Shown piece after piece: positions 1-11,604 of a stretch of DNA of 64,000 nt. The stretch is from Squalus acanthias (taxonomy: Eukaryota), in assembly GCA_030390025.1 (NCBI GenBank), contig CM059432.1, positions 120,964,001-121,028,000 of the forward strand. The letters run 5' to 3'. The notes under the pieces are model-generated. The model was not told the origin of the DNA. It worked only from the letters and a program-made list of their open reading frames with translations, and ran no database searches. The number at the start of each line of letters is the position of its first letter. Position 1 is the stretch's first letter. Made by a program: the position numbers and the translations under genes.

Positions 1-257
1 TTGCATTCGAAAATAAATTTGTTCCTAACTCACACCTTAGACGCTGCACCATTTAATTTGGAATAAGATTGTGTGCATGAAGTGGAAAGCCATTGTTTAA
101 TGTTCATGAATTTATATGAATGACATTGAACTAGTTGGTTGACTACTATTTACGTTCATGTTCAGCTCCTGTGGAGCTGTATAAATTATTCATAATGAAT
201 TCAAATGGGTACTTGCCATAACATGTTCAGCTTGACAATTTTTGAAGGGTTTGTTAG

Positions 258-401
258 ACTGTAAAGGAAAGTACCACGAGAAACACCAAACTACAAGTAG
301 GAAGAACACGAGTTGACGCAAAGAACCATAGGCTGAGAAAGTCGATGAAGCTACCCCCATTTTACAGACGCAAAACAAGAGCCAAAAAAGTGTTCAGTAT
401 G
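258..401 (+). CDS. Candidate internal coding exon of an unidentified host gene (144 nt, phase 0-0)
   Basis: ttgttag|ACT...ATG|gtgggt encloses 48 stop-free codons (TVKESTTRNTKLQVGRTRVDAKNHRLRKSMKLPPFYRRKTRAKKVFSM) in non-repetitive-looking DNA. The pyrimidine tract is weak and the peptide is not recognised. Confidence 0.25.
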
Positions 402-794
402 GTGGGTGGCGTGCACACACACACTCTGAGCTGGAAGTGTGCCTGAATGCTTGCTTACCTGAATGTGGAGTCGGGAGGTTCAGGAGTGCTTCTGCTGGCT
501 CAAGATTAAAACCATGGCTCACTGCCAACCACCAGTCAAGCACTCCCCTCTACTCTAATCGCTGCCTTGTTCCCCACCCACCCCACCTTCTGATCACACC
601 CACCTCTCCTGGTTGCCCTCCACCCCCACCCTGATCACTTTGCCCCCCTTCACTCCAAAGACCTATCTGAGGGCCATTGTCGGTGATATAGAGTCCCGAA
701 ATTCAAATGGTCTTCGCTAGTGAGCTGCCTGGAGACACTCAACACACATCTGTAGCTCACTGGTCTGATGTAAGTGAGGCCTGAGACCCAATTG

Positions 795-827
795 GTGTCA
801 GCTGTGGCTCAGTGGATAGCACTCTCG
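795..827 (+). mobile_element. 5' head (A-box part) of a tRNA-derived DeuSINE (SacSINE1-like), split off by the Tx1 insertion
   Basis: GTGTCAGCTGTGGCTCAGTGGATAGCACTCTCG matches the starts of the intact SINE copies at 14881 and 28289. The element continues at 9188. Confidence 0.85.
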
Positions 828-2070
828 AGGTGGGAGGGGCTACGAGTGAGCAGGTGCTGCTGGGTGCTTGATCACTCCTGGAGTGAGTTTGTAAAAAGTT
901 GATGGTGTTTTTTTTTCAGGTTTTAGGGCCTTTATGGTCCATAAACAGCAGCCAGACCAAAGCCGAATGTTGGGTTCGAGGTGACGGTCAGTGGCCGAGA
1001 GGAGGTGGAAAGTCTTTTACTCAGTTTGAAGGTTGGAGATAAGTTCTTGGAGGTATCTCTGCTATATTCTGAAGAGGTGGTGGTCTCATTCTTAAACCTG
1101 CCGGTTAATATTGAGGATGATGTGCTAATCAAAAAGTTGGAGTCGTGGGACATTAAATTTGCTTGGTAATAAAGAGGAGATACTATCTAGGAACGTGGGT
1201 AGCAGATGGAACCCGTTACGTAAAGGTGCGGTTCCCAGAGGGGGTGAAGTCATTGCTGTATAGCATGAAATTCGAGACAATGGAAGGAGTGCAGTACTTC
1301 TGTATACTGCATGATAACCAGGTGAAGGTTTGTTATTATTGTCTTGGACATGACCATCTTGTAAGGAGCTGTCCAGACTTGTGCTGTTATAATTGTGGCG
1401 AGTCTGGACACATCGCTCGGAGCTGCAAGGCAGCGAGCTGTGGGGTGTGTCACAAAGACCCCACCCACTGTGACTGTGAGGCAGAAGGAAGCCCCTTGAG
1501 TGACGAGGAAATGGGAGAAGGAGCAGGAGGTGTGAGTGGAACGGCCAGAGGAGAAGAGCAGGTGGAGGACACAGATGGTGAATTGAAGGAGAAAAGAGCG
1601 CAGGAAGAGGCAGAAAATTGTGGAGCAGAGAACAGGATGGAGATGGTGGCAAACACACCAAGTACAGTGGAAAAGGACAAAGACAGCAGAGGGCAGCACA
1701 GGTCGAGGGCAGAGTCGAGCCATAATATGGCTCGGCTCTCCCTAAAGAATCTGGTGTCCGCAGGGGGAGAGGAGGTGGGAGCGGGGTGCGTGGTAAGTGT
1801 AAGTACTCCAAAGAAAGACGAGGAGTAGGACATCTCAGGGAGCAGGAGGGGGCAAGACAAGGAGAGGGTGCAAGAGGCAGGAGCCTTAACGGGGCAGCAG
1901 GATGGGAGCGGGGAGACAAAGATGCCAGAAGGGAGCAAGATAGGTGCAGATGCACCATTGTCCCAGAGAGAAGAAACAGGGAGCAAGGGTCAGCGGTGGT
2001 GATGAGGCTGAAGGGAGCGGCACTGTTGGAGAAACCGCGATTTTCAGGAAGACTGTCTAAGGAAGATTAT

Positions 2071-4214
2071 GGGCTGGATTTTCTCAATGGAGATGAGTTG
2101 GAGGCGGGACTGCTGCTTGTCGTGTCAATGTCCCGCCTCCATCATCGTCTGACCAACCAGAGGGATTTTCCCCTGATTGACCTTGTTAAGCCCGCTCTGT
2201 GGGCTCAGCAGGCCAATTAGGGGGAAGTCACTGACAGAGCACATCAACGTCAGAAGTGCCATCTGTCACGACTTCTTGAAAGAAGTAATGTCAGCGTTTG
2301 ACAGCTCTGTGAAGCTGTCAAACACTGACATTCTCTGTAGTTTGATGAGTATAAGTGTTCAGGACTCATCAAATCTTTCAACTTTGTAGAAATCAGATGA
2401 CTGTTGGTTCGGAGGATCCAACAGCCAGTCTGTGAAATCGACAAGGAGGATGTCGGGTCTCCCGATCCAGGGTGGATGAAGGCTGTAGGAAGAAAACAAG
2501 GTAAGTGAACATTTTTTAACACTTATCACTCACCTTACATACTTACCACACCACACTTGCACCCATCACTCACCTCTACATCTTACTTCCAGGTGCCTCC
2601 GACCTCCTTCATGTCTCCTCCAACCCGACGGGGTTCTCCGAGGTCGGGAAGCCTTCACCTGTGAAGGCAAAATGGCACTAATCCTTCTTTCTGCCTGTTA
2701 ACTACCTGTTAATGTGAAGGAATAAGCTATATTCAGAAAAATACACCATTCTATGAAATAATTCTGGCCTTTGTAACATGACAAACTGGGCTTGAAAATC
2801 TAAAAACCCAACAATGGAGAAGCTGTAAACAGCATACAGGCTATTGAGATAAGATAAGTTGTTGACACTGAATCAATAACCTTGTTGAAACATGAGGTTG
2901 GAGGCTCCTGACGTCCGAATCATTGGAAAAAAGACAATGGTACACCCAGTTAAGGTGTTTTAAAGTACATTTTGTAAACAGGCACATATAAGAAGAAGAA
3001 ACATATGCCTTCGTAAAAATGACATCAAGAAAAAGAAACACCTGCCATCAAATCGTTTTTATGTTAAACTTGGAACACCTACAGAGGGGAGACATGAGTC
3101 TGTGTTGCAACCAGCTGCGGTGATTAAGAATTGCATAGATCATCCTAGTTAAGGTGTTCTAAATGCAAAAGATACAAACAGAAGACCTTGGTAAGAATGA
3201 CTACAAATAGATGCACCTGCTCCACACCGTTTTTATGATAAGCTTCAAACACCTAAAGGTAGAGACATAATTCTTAATGCTACCAGCTGAACTGACTGTA
3301 AGAATAGCAGGGGTCAGCAGAAAAATGACTAGAGATAATTAGCTTACATCAACAGAAAACTTCAAAGGAAATACCACTGCAAAAGGGTATAAAAATTGAA
3401 CTTTCAATTGGGATGATAGATTCGCTGAAAAGGGGCAAAGCGATTCTCAGCTTCAGAGCTAGCTCTGTAAGTCTTCAACTCTTTGTATCTCGGGGATCAA
3501 GGTATTGTGTTTGATTTTGGTGGATATCCTGGAATAAACTAAGAAATGTAAAAATGTAACAAAGTTAAGATTTGAGAATAAGGATCTCTGATAATAGAAT
3601 TGTAAGATTTCTGTTTTTGGAACTGTTAATGTTGCGATTGAACCACCTACTGTAATTATATGTTGGTTCTGTAATAAATCTATATATTTTTAGAATTGTC
3701 TCACATAATACTTCTGTATCAAACTCAATCTCTGTACACTCTTTGGTGAGGAGTTGCAGAATTCTGAGGGAGTTTTCCAGACCCTCATAATATCCGGAAC
3801 ATTACAGTCTAGCTAAACTTATTAAGAGTGCTATCTGGAGGATGGTAACATCTCCAGGTTGTTCCTTTCCTTTAGGGAGAGATAATCTGGACCTTTAGAC
3901 CCAATTAAGTGTCTTTAGGATTCGGCTACCTTAAACTTTAGTTGAAAGTGAACGTCTGGGGAATATGCCTGATCCGGGGTAGCCCTAAAGGGGCTAGGAC
4001 TAGTAATTATCCCTTCAGTAACAGGCAGTTAAAAGGATTTAATGCCTTTCCCGCCTCCAGGAGACGAAACCCGAAGCAGCACATCCTCCCGCCTCCTGGC
4101 AAAAGGGCACGGAGGCAGGATGGGGGCGGGTTTGCCATCCGCCTCCACTTTCTGCTACTTTACCGGCAGTCCCACCTCCATGCCCACCTCCTCAGGGCTT
4201 GGAAAATCCAGCCC
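2071..4214. mobile_element. Non-autonomous PIF/Harbinger element (MITE) carrying a solo LTR
   Basis: Perfect TIRs GGGCTGGATTTTC...GAAAATCCAGCCC, 3-bp TSD TAT/TAT and subterminal GGAGGCGGG motifs. Homologous to 28960-29203 and 33911-34753. Confidence 0.9.
2715..4017 (+). mobile_element. Solo LTR (about 1.3 kb, ERV- or Gypsy-like)
   Basis: Termini TGAAGGAATAA...TTATCCCTTCA are inverted. TATA-like GGTATAAAAA at about 3386 and AATAAA at about 3533 and 3673. It interrupts the MITE motif CTGCCTGTTAACTACCTGTTAA|CAGGCAG, which is intact in the related MITE at about 34096-34124. Confidence 0.75.
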
Positions 4215-4558
4215 TATGTATCTGACGGGGAGCAGGGATGGGAGGTTACAGAAGAGCTCGAGAGTGAGGAATCAGAGGGGGACAGAGACATGGAAGAGAT
4301 GGGTGGGGTGGCATCATGTGGAAAGGGAAAGTTTAGTGAGGGGCAGAAGGAGGGAGAAGGAGCAGCTCCTCGGCCCAAACCTAATGTAAGGAAGAGGCTG
4401 AAACTGCAGTGAAGGTTCAAACAGGAGGTGAAAAAGTGCCGGAGGCTGCAGGAGAAAGCAACAGCTGCCTGAAAAGTTGGGAAGGAGCATGAGAGGAGGG
4501 AAGGGCCGGAGATTAAATCATGGGGGGATTATCAGGCACACTTCCTTTATTAAGAGCC

Positions 4559-7500
4559 ATGATTACATTGGTCTCGATTAATGTGAACGGACTGAGGGTG
4601 AGAAGAAATTGCAGCAGTTGTTGCAGTGTTTTAAAGGCACTGACTTATTGGTCTGGATTTTGATACTGGGTTGGGTTGGGGTCGTGTCATCCACTTTTCG
4701 TGTTATCCACCCAACTGCAATTGGATGTGGGAGATTGATGCAATTTTCACCTAATTGGGCAATTGAGTTCCAGCATGTGGGAACCCATGACCCAATTAGT
4801 GTTTTCTGTCTGAAAGTCGCCTCTGATGATGTCATCATTGCTGCTGCATTGAAGGTCTGCAAAGACTGCCTGGCCTTTGCTGTGAGAGGACCTGTTTGCA
4901 AAATGAGCAGCAGCAGCCTGCTCCCAGATATTTTTGCACCACCACTCCCAGATATGTCTCCCATCTACCACCACTCCCAGATATGTCATCCTTCCATCCT
5001 CCCATCCACCACCACTCCCAGGCCAGCCAGCCAGCAAGCCACTTACTGATAGTCAGCTAGCCAAATGTGCTCCCGCCAGGTTTCACATTCGTGGCTCAGA
5101 ACAGGCGTGCTTCATATAGAAAAAGGGTTAAAATCACAAAGGCCTTTCAAAATGGCATGATAGAGGCAACTTAGTGCTTGTTAAGGGCCTTAACAGCCTA
5201 TCCCGCCTCTTAGAGGCGGGACCAGCAGACACGATTTAATGAAAATTGCGTGGAGGCGGGATGGAGGCGGGCTTGTGCCCACCCGCCAGTTTTCGCAATT
5301 TTAACCCCCCACATGCATCCAAACCCACCTCCACGGGTCAATGAAAATCCAGCCCAATGTGTCAGCAAGAAACCTTTTGGGATGAGGATAACTTGGAAAG
5401 AGTTCGGAAGGTTAGGAAGGGAGAGGTGTTTGCAAGTTGTGCAAACAATAACCGTTGAGGGGCGGCTGTTTTGGTGAGTCCGTCTACAAAAGAGAACGTT
5501 GCCTTGGTGGACAAGGACACTGAGGAGAGATTTTTACAGCTAAAGGTAAAAATGGAGGAATTTAATTGCGATCTCTTTAATATCTATGCACCGAACAACC
5601 ATTGCAAGCGTCGCGAGTTTTTTCGGTGGTTATTCACTGAAATAGCAGAGGTGGAAAACCCTTGTTTAGTGGGCGATTTTAATGTATTTTTATCTCGGAT
5701 GGACATTTCAGCCCAGATGACCTTTAAGGATGATAACTCCAGAGGGATGATTGTAAAAATTATGGCAAATTTAATTTGAGAGACTTATGGAGGGATCGGA
5801 ATCCCATAAAAATGGAGTTCTCCAGAACAGGTTGGGTGGGTGATGTTTTAAAACAGAGCCAAATAGATTTTGTGTCAATGCGGGAAGGGTTAATTTCTGA
5901 GGTGATGGCGATTTATTACAAAAAAGTATTTTTTAGTGACCACTCGGCTTTGGTTCTTAGAGTTAGGAACAGCAGAGTTAAGATTGGTCCAGGGGTGTGG
6001 ATTTTAATCAATCAGTACCTGAAAGGAATTTCTTATAAAGAAGGGATTTTAAATATAGTAAAGAATGCTCAGAAGGAACCTTTGTTCTTGAAAGAAAGAA
6101 GAGTATGGTGGGACAATTTCAAATATGATGTAAAAGTTTTTTCGGTACATTATGGGCAGCTAACCGGTGTCGAGAAGAAACAGAAGGTTTACGGATATCT
6201 GTAAAGTGGTTGACGGAGGGGATAAGGGAGCAGAGACTAAGTGGGTGGTTTTAAAGGAAGAGTGCGAATTATTGCAAGCTGAAAAATGCAAGGCTAAAGA
6301 TGCATTCGAGGGTGAAAGATGCACTCGATATTTTCTAGAGCAAGAGAAGCTGCGACAGAGATTATCATTAATTGGAGAGTTGAAGTTTGGGGAGAAGATC
6401 ATTAATGAAAGTGGGGAGATTTCGGAGACGGCTAGTAGCTTTTATCAAGAGTTATATATAAAAGAAGACATTTCCAAATTGGCAATGGAGAAGGTTAGTG
6501 CTTTTATTGAAGACGGTTTAAAGGAAGATGAGAGAATGACAAAGAAGTAGGATTAGCAGAAATAAAAGTAACAATAAGTGGAATCAAGGTGGGGGGAAAG
6601 CCCAGGGTCCGATGGACTAAGTGCCGAATTTTATAAAGAATTTTTAGAGATTTTAAGTACATTGCTCTTAGAGGTTTTTAAGGCGATTAAAATTGAGGGA
6701 AGCCTGGCCCCATCTATGAGAAGAGGTGTCATAAGCTTAGCTTATAAAAATAAAGGGGATAGATGACATCTAAAGAATTGAAGGCCCGTCACATTATTAA
6801 ATGTGGATTATAAGATCTTGGCGAGGGTTATGGCAAATCGTATGAAGGAGGTGATGCCGCAAATAGTTTTGCCCTCTCAGTCCTATGGAGTCATAGGCTG
6901 GGACATCGCAGACTCTGTGGTCTCAATCCGAGATGTGACAGAGCTCATGGAAGAGAGTGGGAGGGAGACATATGTGTTAAAGATAGATCAAGAGAAAGCC
7001 TTTGATAGGGTCTCTCATGAGTTTTTATTGATGGTTTTGGAAGCATTTGATTTCGGGGAAAATTTAAATGAGTGGATAAGGATATTTTATTCAAACATAT
7101 TTAGCTGTGTTAAATTTAATGGTTTTTTATCCAAGTATTTTCCGATACAGCGGTCAGTGAGACAGGGTTGTTCCCTGTCCCCATTGCTGTACACATTAGT
7201 AGCAGCACCATTAGGTTACATGATGCAAAAGGAACAAGGCGTAGTCGGGATTGCGGTTCCCAGTTCCGGGCGGGTGTCGGTGATACACCAATATGCAGTT
7301 GACACAACCTTAATGTTGAGAGATGGGGAGTCAGTGAGGAAAGCTATGGGTGTAGTGGAGGACTATTGTAGAGCTTCAGGAGCCAGATTGAATTATAGTA
7401 AGTCCCAATGCCTGGTTGTGGGAAGGGGTAGGGGGGAATGGTTGGAGGAGTGTCCCTTTAAGGTGGTAGAGGTTTTGGAAGTTCTGGTGCTGCATCTGGG

Positions 7501-9065
7501 GTGCAAGAAGGACAGGGATGAAGTGGATCAATTAAATTGGGAACCGAAGGTTATGAAAATTAAAAAGATTTTGGGAAGATGGGAAAGATGGTGGTTGAAA
7601 GTGCAAGGAAGAATGACAGTGGTGTCCGCTCTCCTGCTATCGAAGCTATGGTACTTACTGACGCTGGAGGATATTCCTGAGTGGGCGGAAAAGTCCATCC
7701 GAGAGGTTTGTGTGAGGTTCTTATGGGAAGGGAAACCAGCCTTGGTTGCTTACAATACCATAATTGGACAGAGAAATCAGGGAGGACACAATTTCCCAGA
7801 TATTGATTTGAAGAAAAAATCCTTTAGATTCAAAAGAAGAGATTTCTTCAGAAGTCAAATGCAAGTTTTTGGAAGAGTTGTTTTGAGCATTTTTTAAAAC
7901 GAAGTGGGATAGGAGGGCAGGGGATATTGTATATGGAATACAATAATATGTTTTTGAAATCGATTAAACCTCTCCCTAGGTTTTATAAGGGGGTTGTAGA
8001 GACGTGGCCCCAATTTTTAAAAGTGTGCAGTTTATGCCCAAGGGTGCTGAGGAATTTTTAGAACAGCCCTTATTTTTGAACAGGTGGGTCAACATTGAAG
8101 GAGAGGTATTATTTAATCAAGCTTTTATAAAAGCTGGTATATATGTGAAGGATGTATTATATGAGGTAATTCCAGGTTGGTTGCTGGAAGTGGTAATGAG
8201 GGACATGGATTGGGAGGAGGATCAGGAGGTAGAGGAAAAAGCAATTATGATCATATATGAGAAGATTGTGAGGGCAATGCCACAGGATTGGATGGAAGAA
8301 ATAAATGCGGAAATCTCCAAAGGAAGTAAAATGCGTCCCGCTTTTCCAAGCTTTCTGCTGGAGAAATGGGAGGAGTTGGTCCAATTTGACAATTGTAATA
8401 CTCGAGATTTCTATGGGGTATTTAGAGAATGGAGATTCAAGACACCTGCTGGTCAGGAGTTTTGGCAGAGTATATGCCCACAGCTGGACTTCAACAGGAT
8501 TTGGAAGGGATTGTGGGCGAATTTTAAATGTCCAGAGTGGATTGAACTGGATTTCAAATTGGCTCATAACTGGATTTTTACCATGACGGTCTTATGTAAG
8601 TTTGGGTGAGTGGAGGTGGCAACTTGCCCAGTGTGTGGGACACGGGATGAGACTCTGTCCCATTTACTGGTGTTATGTCCGCAGTTAAATGGTTTTAAGT
8701 ACTATGTTCGACAGTTGTGTGAGGTTTTTTTGCTGTGTGGGGACCGAAGAGCGAAAATGAGAATCCCGTGGGACTCAATTTTGAGATGCGGATTGCAGGA
8801 GAGTCTGCCCGAGTCTAGCGGAGCGGCAATTAATTTAATGATCAGTTTGGCTAGATTTGTGATTGTGCAAAGAAGGAATGCTCTGGTTTTTAAGGGGAGG
8901 AGAATAAATCTAAAAGAGCATTTTAAATATATGCTAAAAGATCATTATAAGGCTCTGTGGATGTTTTATTCAGAAAGGAATTTAAAAATTGATCATAAAA
9001 TACTATCTTTAAAGTACAATCGATTAATATATGTTACGGGAGACAAATTAAACTTTAGGTTTTGA
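4559..9065 (+). pseudogene. Tx1 ORF2 (AP endonuclease, reverse transcriptase, C-terminal CCHC); many frameshifts and stops
   Basis: MITLVSINVNGLR, CQQET, NIYAPN, VGDFN, FSDHS, SPGSDGL, DQEKAFDRV, RQGC, YAVD (from YADD) and CPVCGTRDETLSHLLVLC. Confidence 0.92.
4650..5355. mobile_element. Harbinger MITE; internal-deletion derivative of a relative of element 41005-46298
   Basis: TIRs GGTCTGGATTTT/AAAATCCAGCCC, TSD ATT/AAT. Both ends (about 200 bp each) align by eye with the ends of 41005-46298. It splits the Tx1 motif TDL|xCQQET. Confidence 0.85.
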
Positions 9066-9187
9066 TGTTAATATGTGGTGGAGGAATGGCTGTGCAGAGT
9101 GGCGGAATGGATTTGTATGATACAATGGAATGATCACGATATTATAAATATTTTTAATGTTCAATAAATAATATATATTACAAAAAA

Positions 9188-9645
9188 GTGGGTAGCACAC
9201 TCGCATCTGAGGTCAGAAGGTTGTGGGTTCAAGTCCCACTCCAGGGACTTGAAGCACATAAAGCTAGGCAGACTCTCCAGTGCAGTGCTGAGGGAGTGCT
9301 GCACTGTCGGAGGTGCCGTCTTTCAGATGAGACTTTAAACCGAGGCCCCGTCTGCTCTCTCAGGTGGACGTAAAAGATCTCATGGCACTATTTCGAAGAA
9401 GAGCAGGGGAATTATCTCGGTGTCCTGGCCAATATTTATCCATCAACCAACATAACAAAAACAAATTATTTGGTCATTAGCACATTGCTGTTTGTGGGAG
9501 CTTGCTGTGCGTAAATTGGCTGCCGCGTTTCCCACATTACAACAGTGACTACACTTCAAAAGTACTTCATTGGCTGTAAAGCGCTTTGAGACGTCCAGTG
9601 GTCATGAAAGGTGCTATATAAATGCAAGTCTTTCTTTTCTTTACT
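9188..9645 (+). mobile_element. Body and tail of the split DeuSINE (SacSINE1-like)
   Basis: B box GGTTCAAGTCCC, Deu-domain-like core (TCAGATGAGAC...GGTGTCCTGGCCAA) and tail GCTATATAAATGCAAGTCTTTC. Confidence 0.88.
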
Positions 9646-10479
9646 ATTGGGTGGGCCACGGGCCTACCCATTGCGGCTCGGGATTGATCCAAGATGCACC
9701 ACCGCTCCCCCCCATCCTCAGCACAAGTGTAACAGTCTACTAGCACAAGTCACCAGCTCAGGAAAGAAGGAATATGGGTAGAAAACTGGGGAAAAATGAC
9801 TTCCAAAACCATGGAGGTGATCTGTGGGCAAGTACTTAACAAGGTGAATATGTACACATACTGAGTTAGCTCCTTTCTTGGTTATTTTCATACTTGTGTC
9901 ATTCTGATTTCCAGTGCTGTGAAATATCAATTTGAGAATGGTAGATGTGTGAGAAAAGTGGCACTCGTTTCTGCAGGGTAGATCATACCAAATCATTTCT
10001 GGAGACAGAATGGATGGATGAGGAACAAATTTATGTGTTCTCAGTTTGGAAACACTTGTATTTAGGGCTTGTGTTTGAAATGATAGGCAAAATAATGTCA
10101 AGGCTTTGGAACTGATTAAATATGAGGAGAGGAACAGGATAATTGACCCTGGTTCAATAGTAGGTTATCAAAATCTTGATATCATGCTGTTGGAAATATG
10201 TAAATCTTTTACCTTCTTATGTGGCTGCCCTCCAATATCTCATCCAAGTGGGAAATCTTCACATAAGAACTAAGGCAGTGAGCACTAGTGAATTATCTGG
10301 CCACAGTCAAGTACAATCCCATTTTCAACCTACGTGCTTACTTTACAGCAGAGGTCACAGAATGATGAGCTGAACAGAGCGTTCTGGCTGATTTTTCCAC
10401 ATATCTTCTCTAGCCCTTCCAACTTCACCACGGCCAAAATTGGATAACTCAACACAAACCAGGGAATGAACCCTGTATT

Positions 10480-11130
10480 CCTGGATCCAAATTCGGGTTC
10501 GGGCCTCACTTAATTGCCGCCAACAAGCCGCAGGCACCAGACAGGTGCACTGCTACAGCTAGTCAGTTGTGGGAGGGGGGGGGGGAGATATATGACAGCC
10601 CTTGTGCTGAGCCAACCGGTAGGTCAGGTCCTGGGGGGGGGGGGGGGGGGGGGGGAGGGGAGGGAGGGAGTGGGTTAATCGAACAGGCTGACCGTGAACT
10701 GGAGTCTTTATGTGGACCCAGGAGGAGAACTCCTGGGTCCAACAAAATTAAAACTCTAAATTTCCTGGGCTGTGTTTTGAGAGGTCTCCAGCGGTCCCTT
10801 TAATGACCATTGGTTAGGCCGCTCACCACCTGGTACAAACGGGCAGACAGTGGGTGGCACACGCTCCGCCCATTTGTAAACAGAATTTTGCAATCGGGGT
10901 TCGATAACTGGCGTAGGACCCTAATTTGCATATTTAGCAGCCTTACACCTGTATCAGGCGAATGAGCTACTCTCCCATTTATAGGCTTGCCCAGAGATTG
11001 CATCAAGTATGCCTTGGGCAACAAAGGGGTAGAAGAGGTGCCTCCCCCCACCCCCCAGCACCCCATTTTCAACTGCTAACCATTCCTTTTGCAGGCATAA
11101 AATAGGCAGCTCTGAATTGAATTTCTACTC
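10480..11130. mobile_element. Degenerate MITE-like GC-rich repeat with long G runs
   Basis: The right end GAATTTCTACTC resembles the reverse complement of the GGTTAGAAATTC end at about 61645. The left TIR is poorly conserved. Confidence 0.3.
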
Positions 11131-11184
11131 AATTGGGAAAAATCATCTGCTATGCCTTTAATTTAAGTTTTATTTGTCAAAATC

Positions 11185-11305
11185 ACAACATTTCTTACAT
11201 TGCTACAGTGGCTACACTTCAAAAGTACTTCATTGGCTGTAAAGCACTCTGGGACATCCTGAGGTCGTGAAAGGCGCTATATAAATGCAAGTCTTTCTTT
11301 CTTTT
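11185..11305 (+). mobile_element. DeuSINE 3' fragment
   Basis: Matches the tail of 9188-9645 (CACTTCAAAAGTACTTCATTGGCTGTAAAGC...GCTATATAAATGCAAGTC). Confidence 0.85.
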
Positions 11306-11604
11306 ATGAACAAGAATTTGGCTCTGTGGTACCAAGTTGGTTTGCACTTAGCAGAGAAAGGAGCACATGCTTATTGAGGTGCACCACCAGCAGAAGAGGA
11401 AACCACAGTTCAGCAGGCTAAAGCTCTTGGCTGTTGGTAGGCAAAACCTTATTCAAACTTAGGTCGCCTTCTGGTAACCTCTGCATTTAACTTGCGTTAA
11501 AAAATTAATCTCCAAATGAATGAACGCATAAATCGTGATTAATTGACTGCCCTAATGATGACTTGTCCCCTGGGATTTTGGTGGAGTCATGGTCGGATAA
11601 AATC

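Larger units (their letters stand above)
945..4412 (+). pseudogene. Tx1 ORF1 (gag-like, zinc knuckles, acidic C-terminus); frameshifted and interrupted by MITE 2071-4214
   Basis: FEVTV...VVSFLNLPVNIED, DGTRYVKVRFP, CYYCLGHDHLVRSC and CYNCGESGHIARSC. The acidic/basic tail resumes at 4215 (...PRPKPNVRKRLKLQ). Confidence 0.85.
828..9187 (+). mobile_element. Near full-length, decayed Tx1-clade (L1-like) non-LTR retrotransposon
   Basis: ORF1 with CCHC knuckles, ORF2 with APE-RT-CCHC, AATAAA and a short A tail at 9182-9187. Flanked by AGTGGATAGCACTCTCG (811-827) and AGTGGGTAGCACACTCG (9187-9203). Confidence 0.92.

Noticed and set aside
1125..1986. Long minus-strand ORFs (277, 178 and 157 aa) and similar antisense ORFs over LINEs
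   Set aside because: They are shadows of purine-rich TE coding strands with no domain motifs.
2772..3806. Alternative LTR boundaries TGTAAC...ATTACA
   Set aside because: The flanks GCCTT/GTCTA match poorly, and the sister MITE's empty site supports 2715-4017.
4921..5021. Spaced direct repeats resembling a CRISPR array
   Set aside because: Only 3-4 short units with related spacers, inside a eukaryotic MITE; this is a minisatellite.
795..9245. tRNA genes suggested by A/B boxes (also at 14881 and 28289)
   Set aside because: These are SINE heads followed by the SINE core and tail, with no complete cloverleaf.
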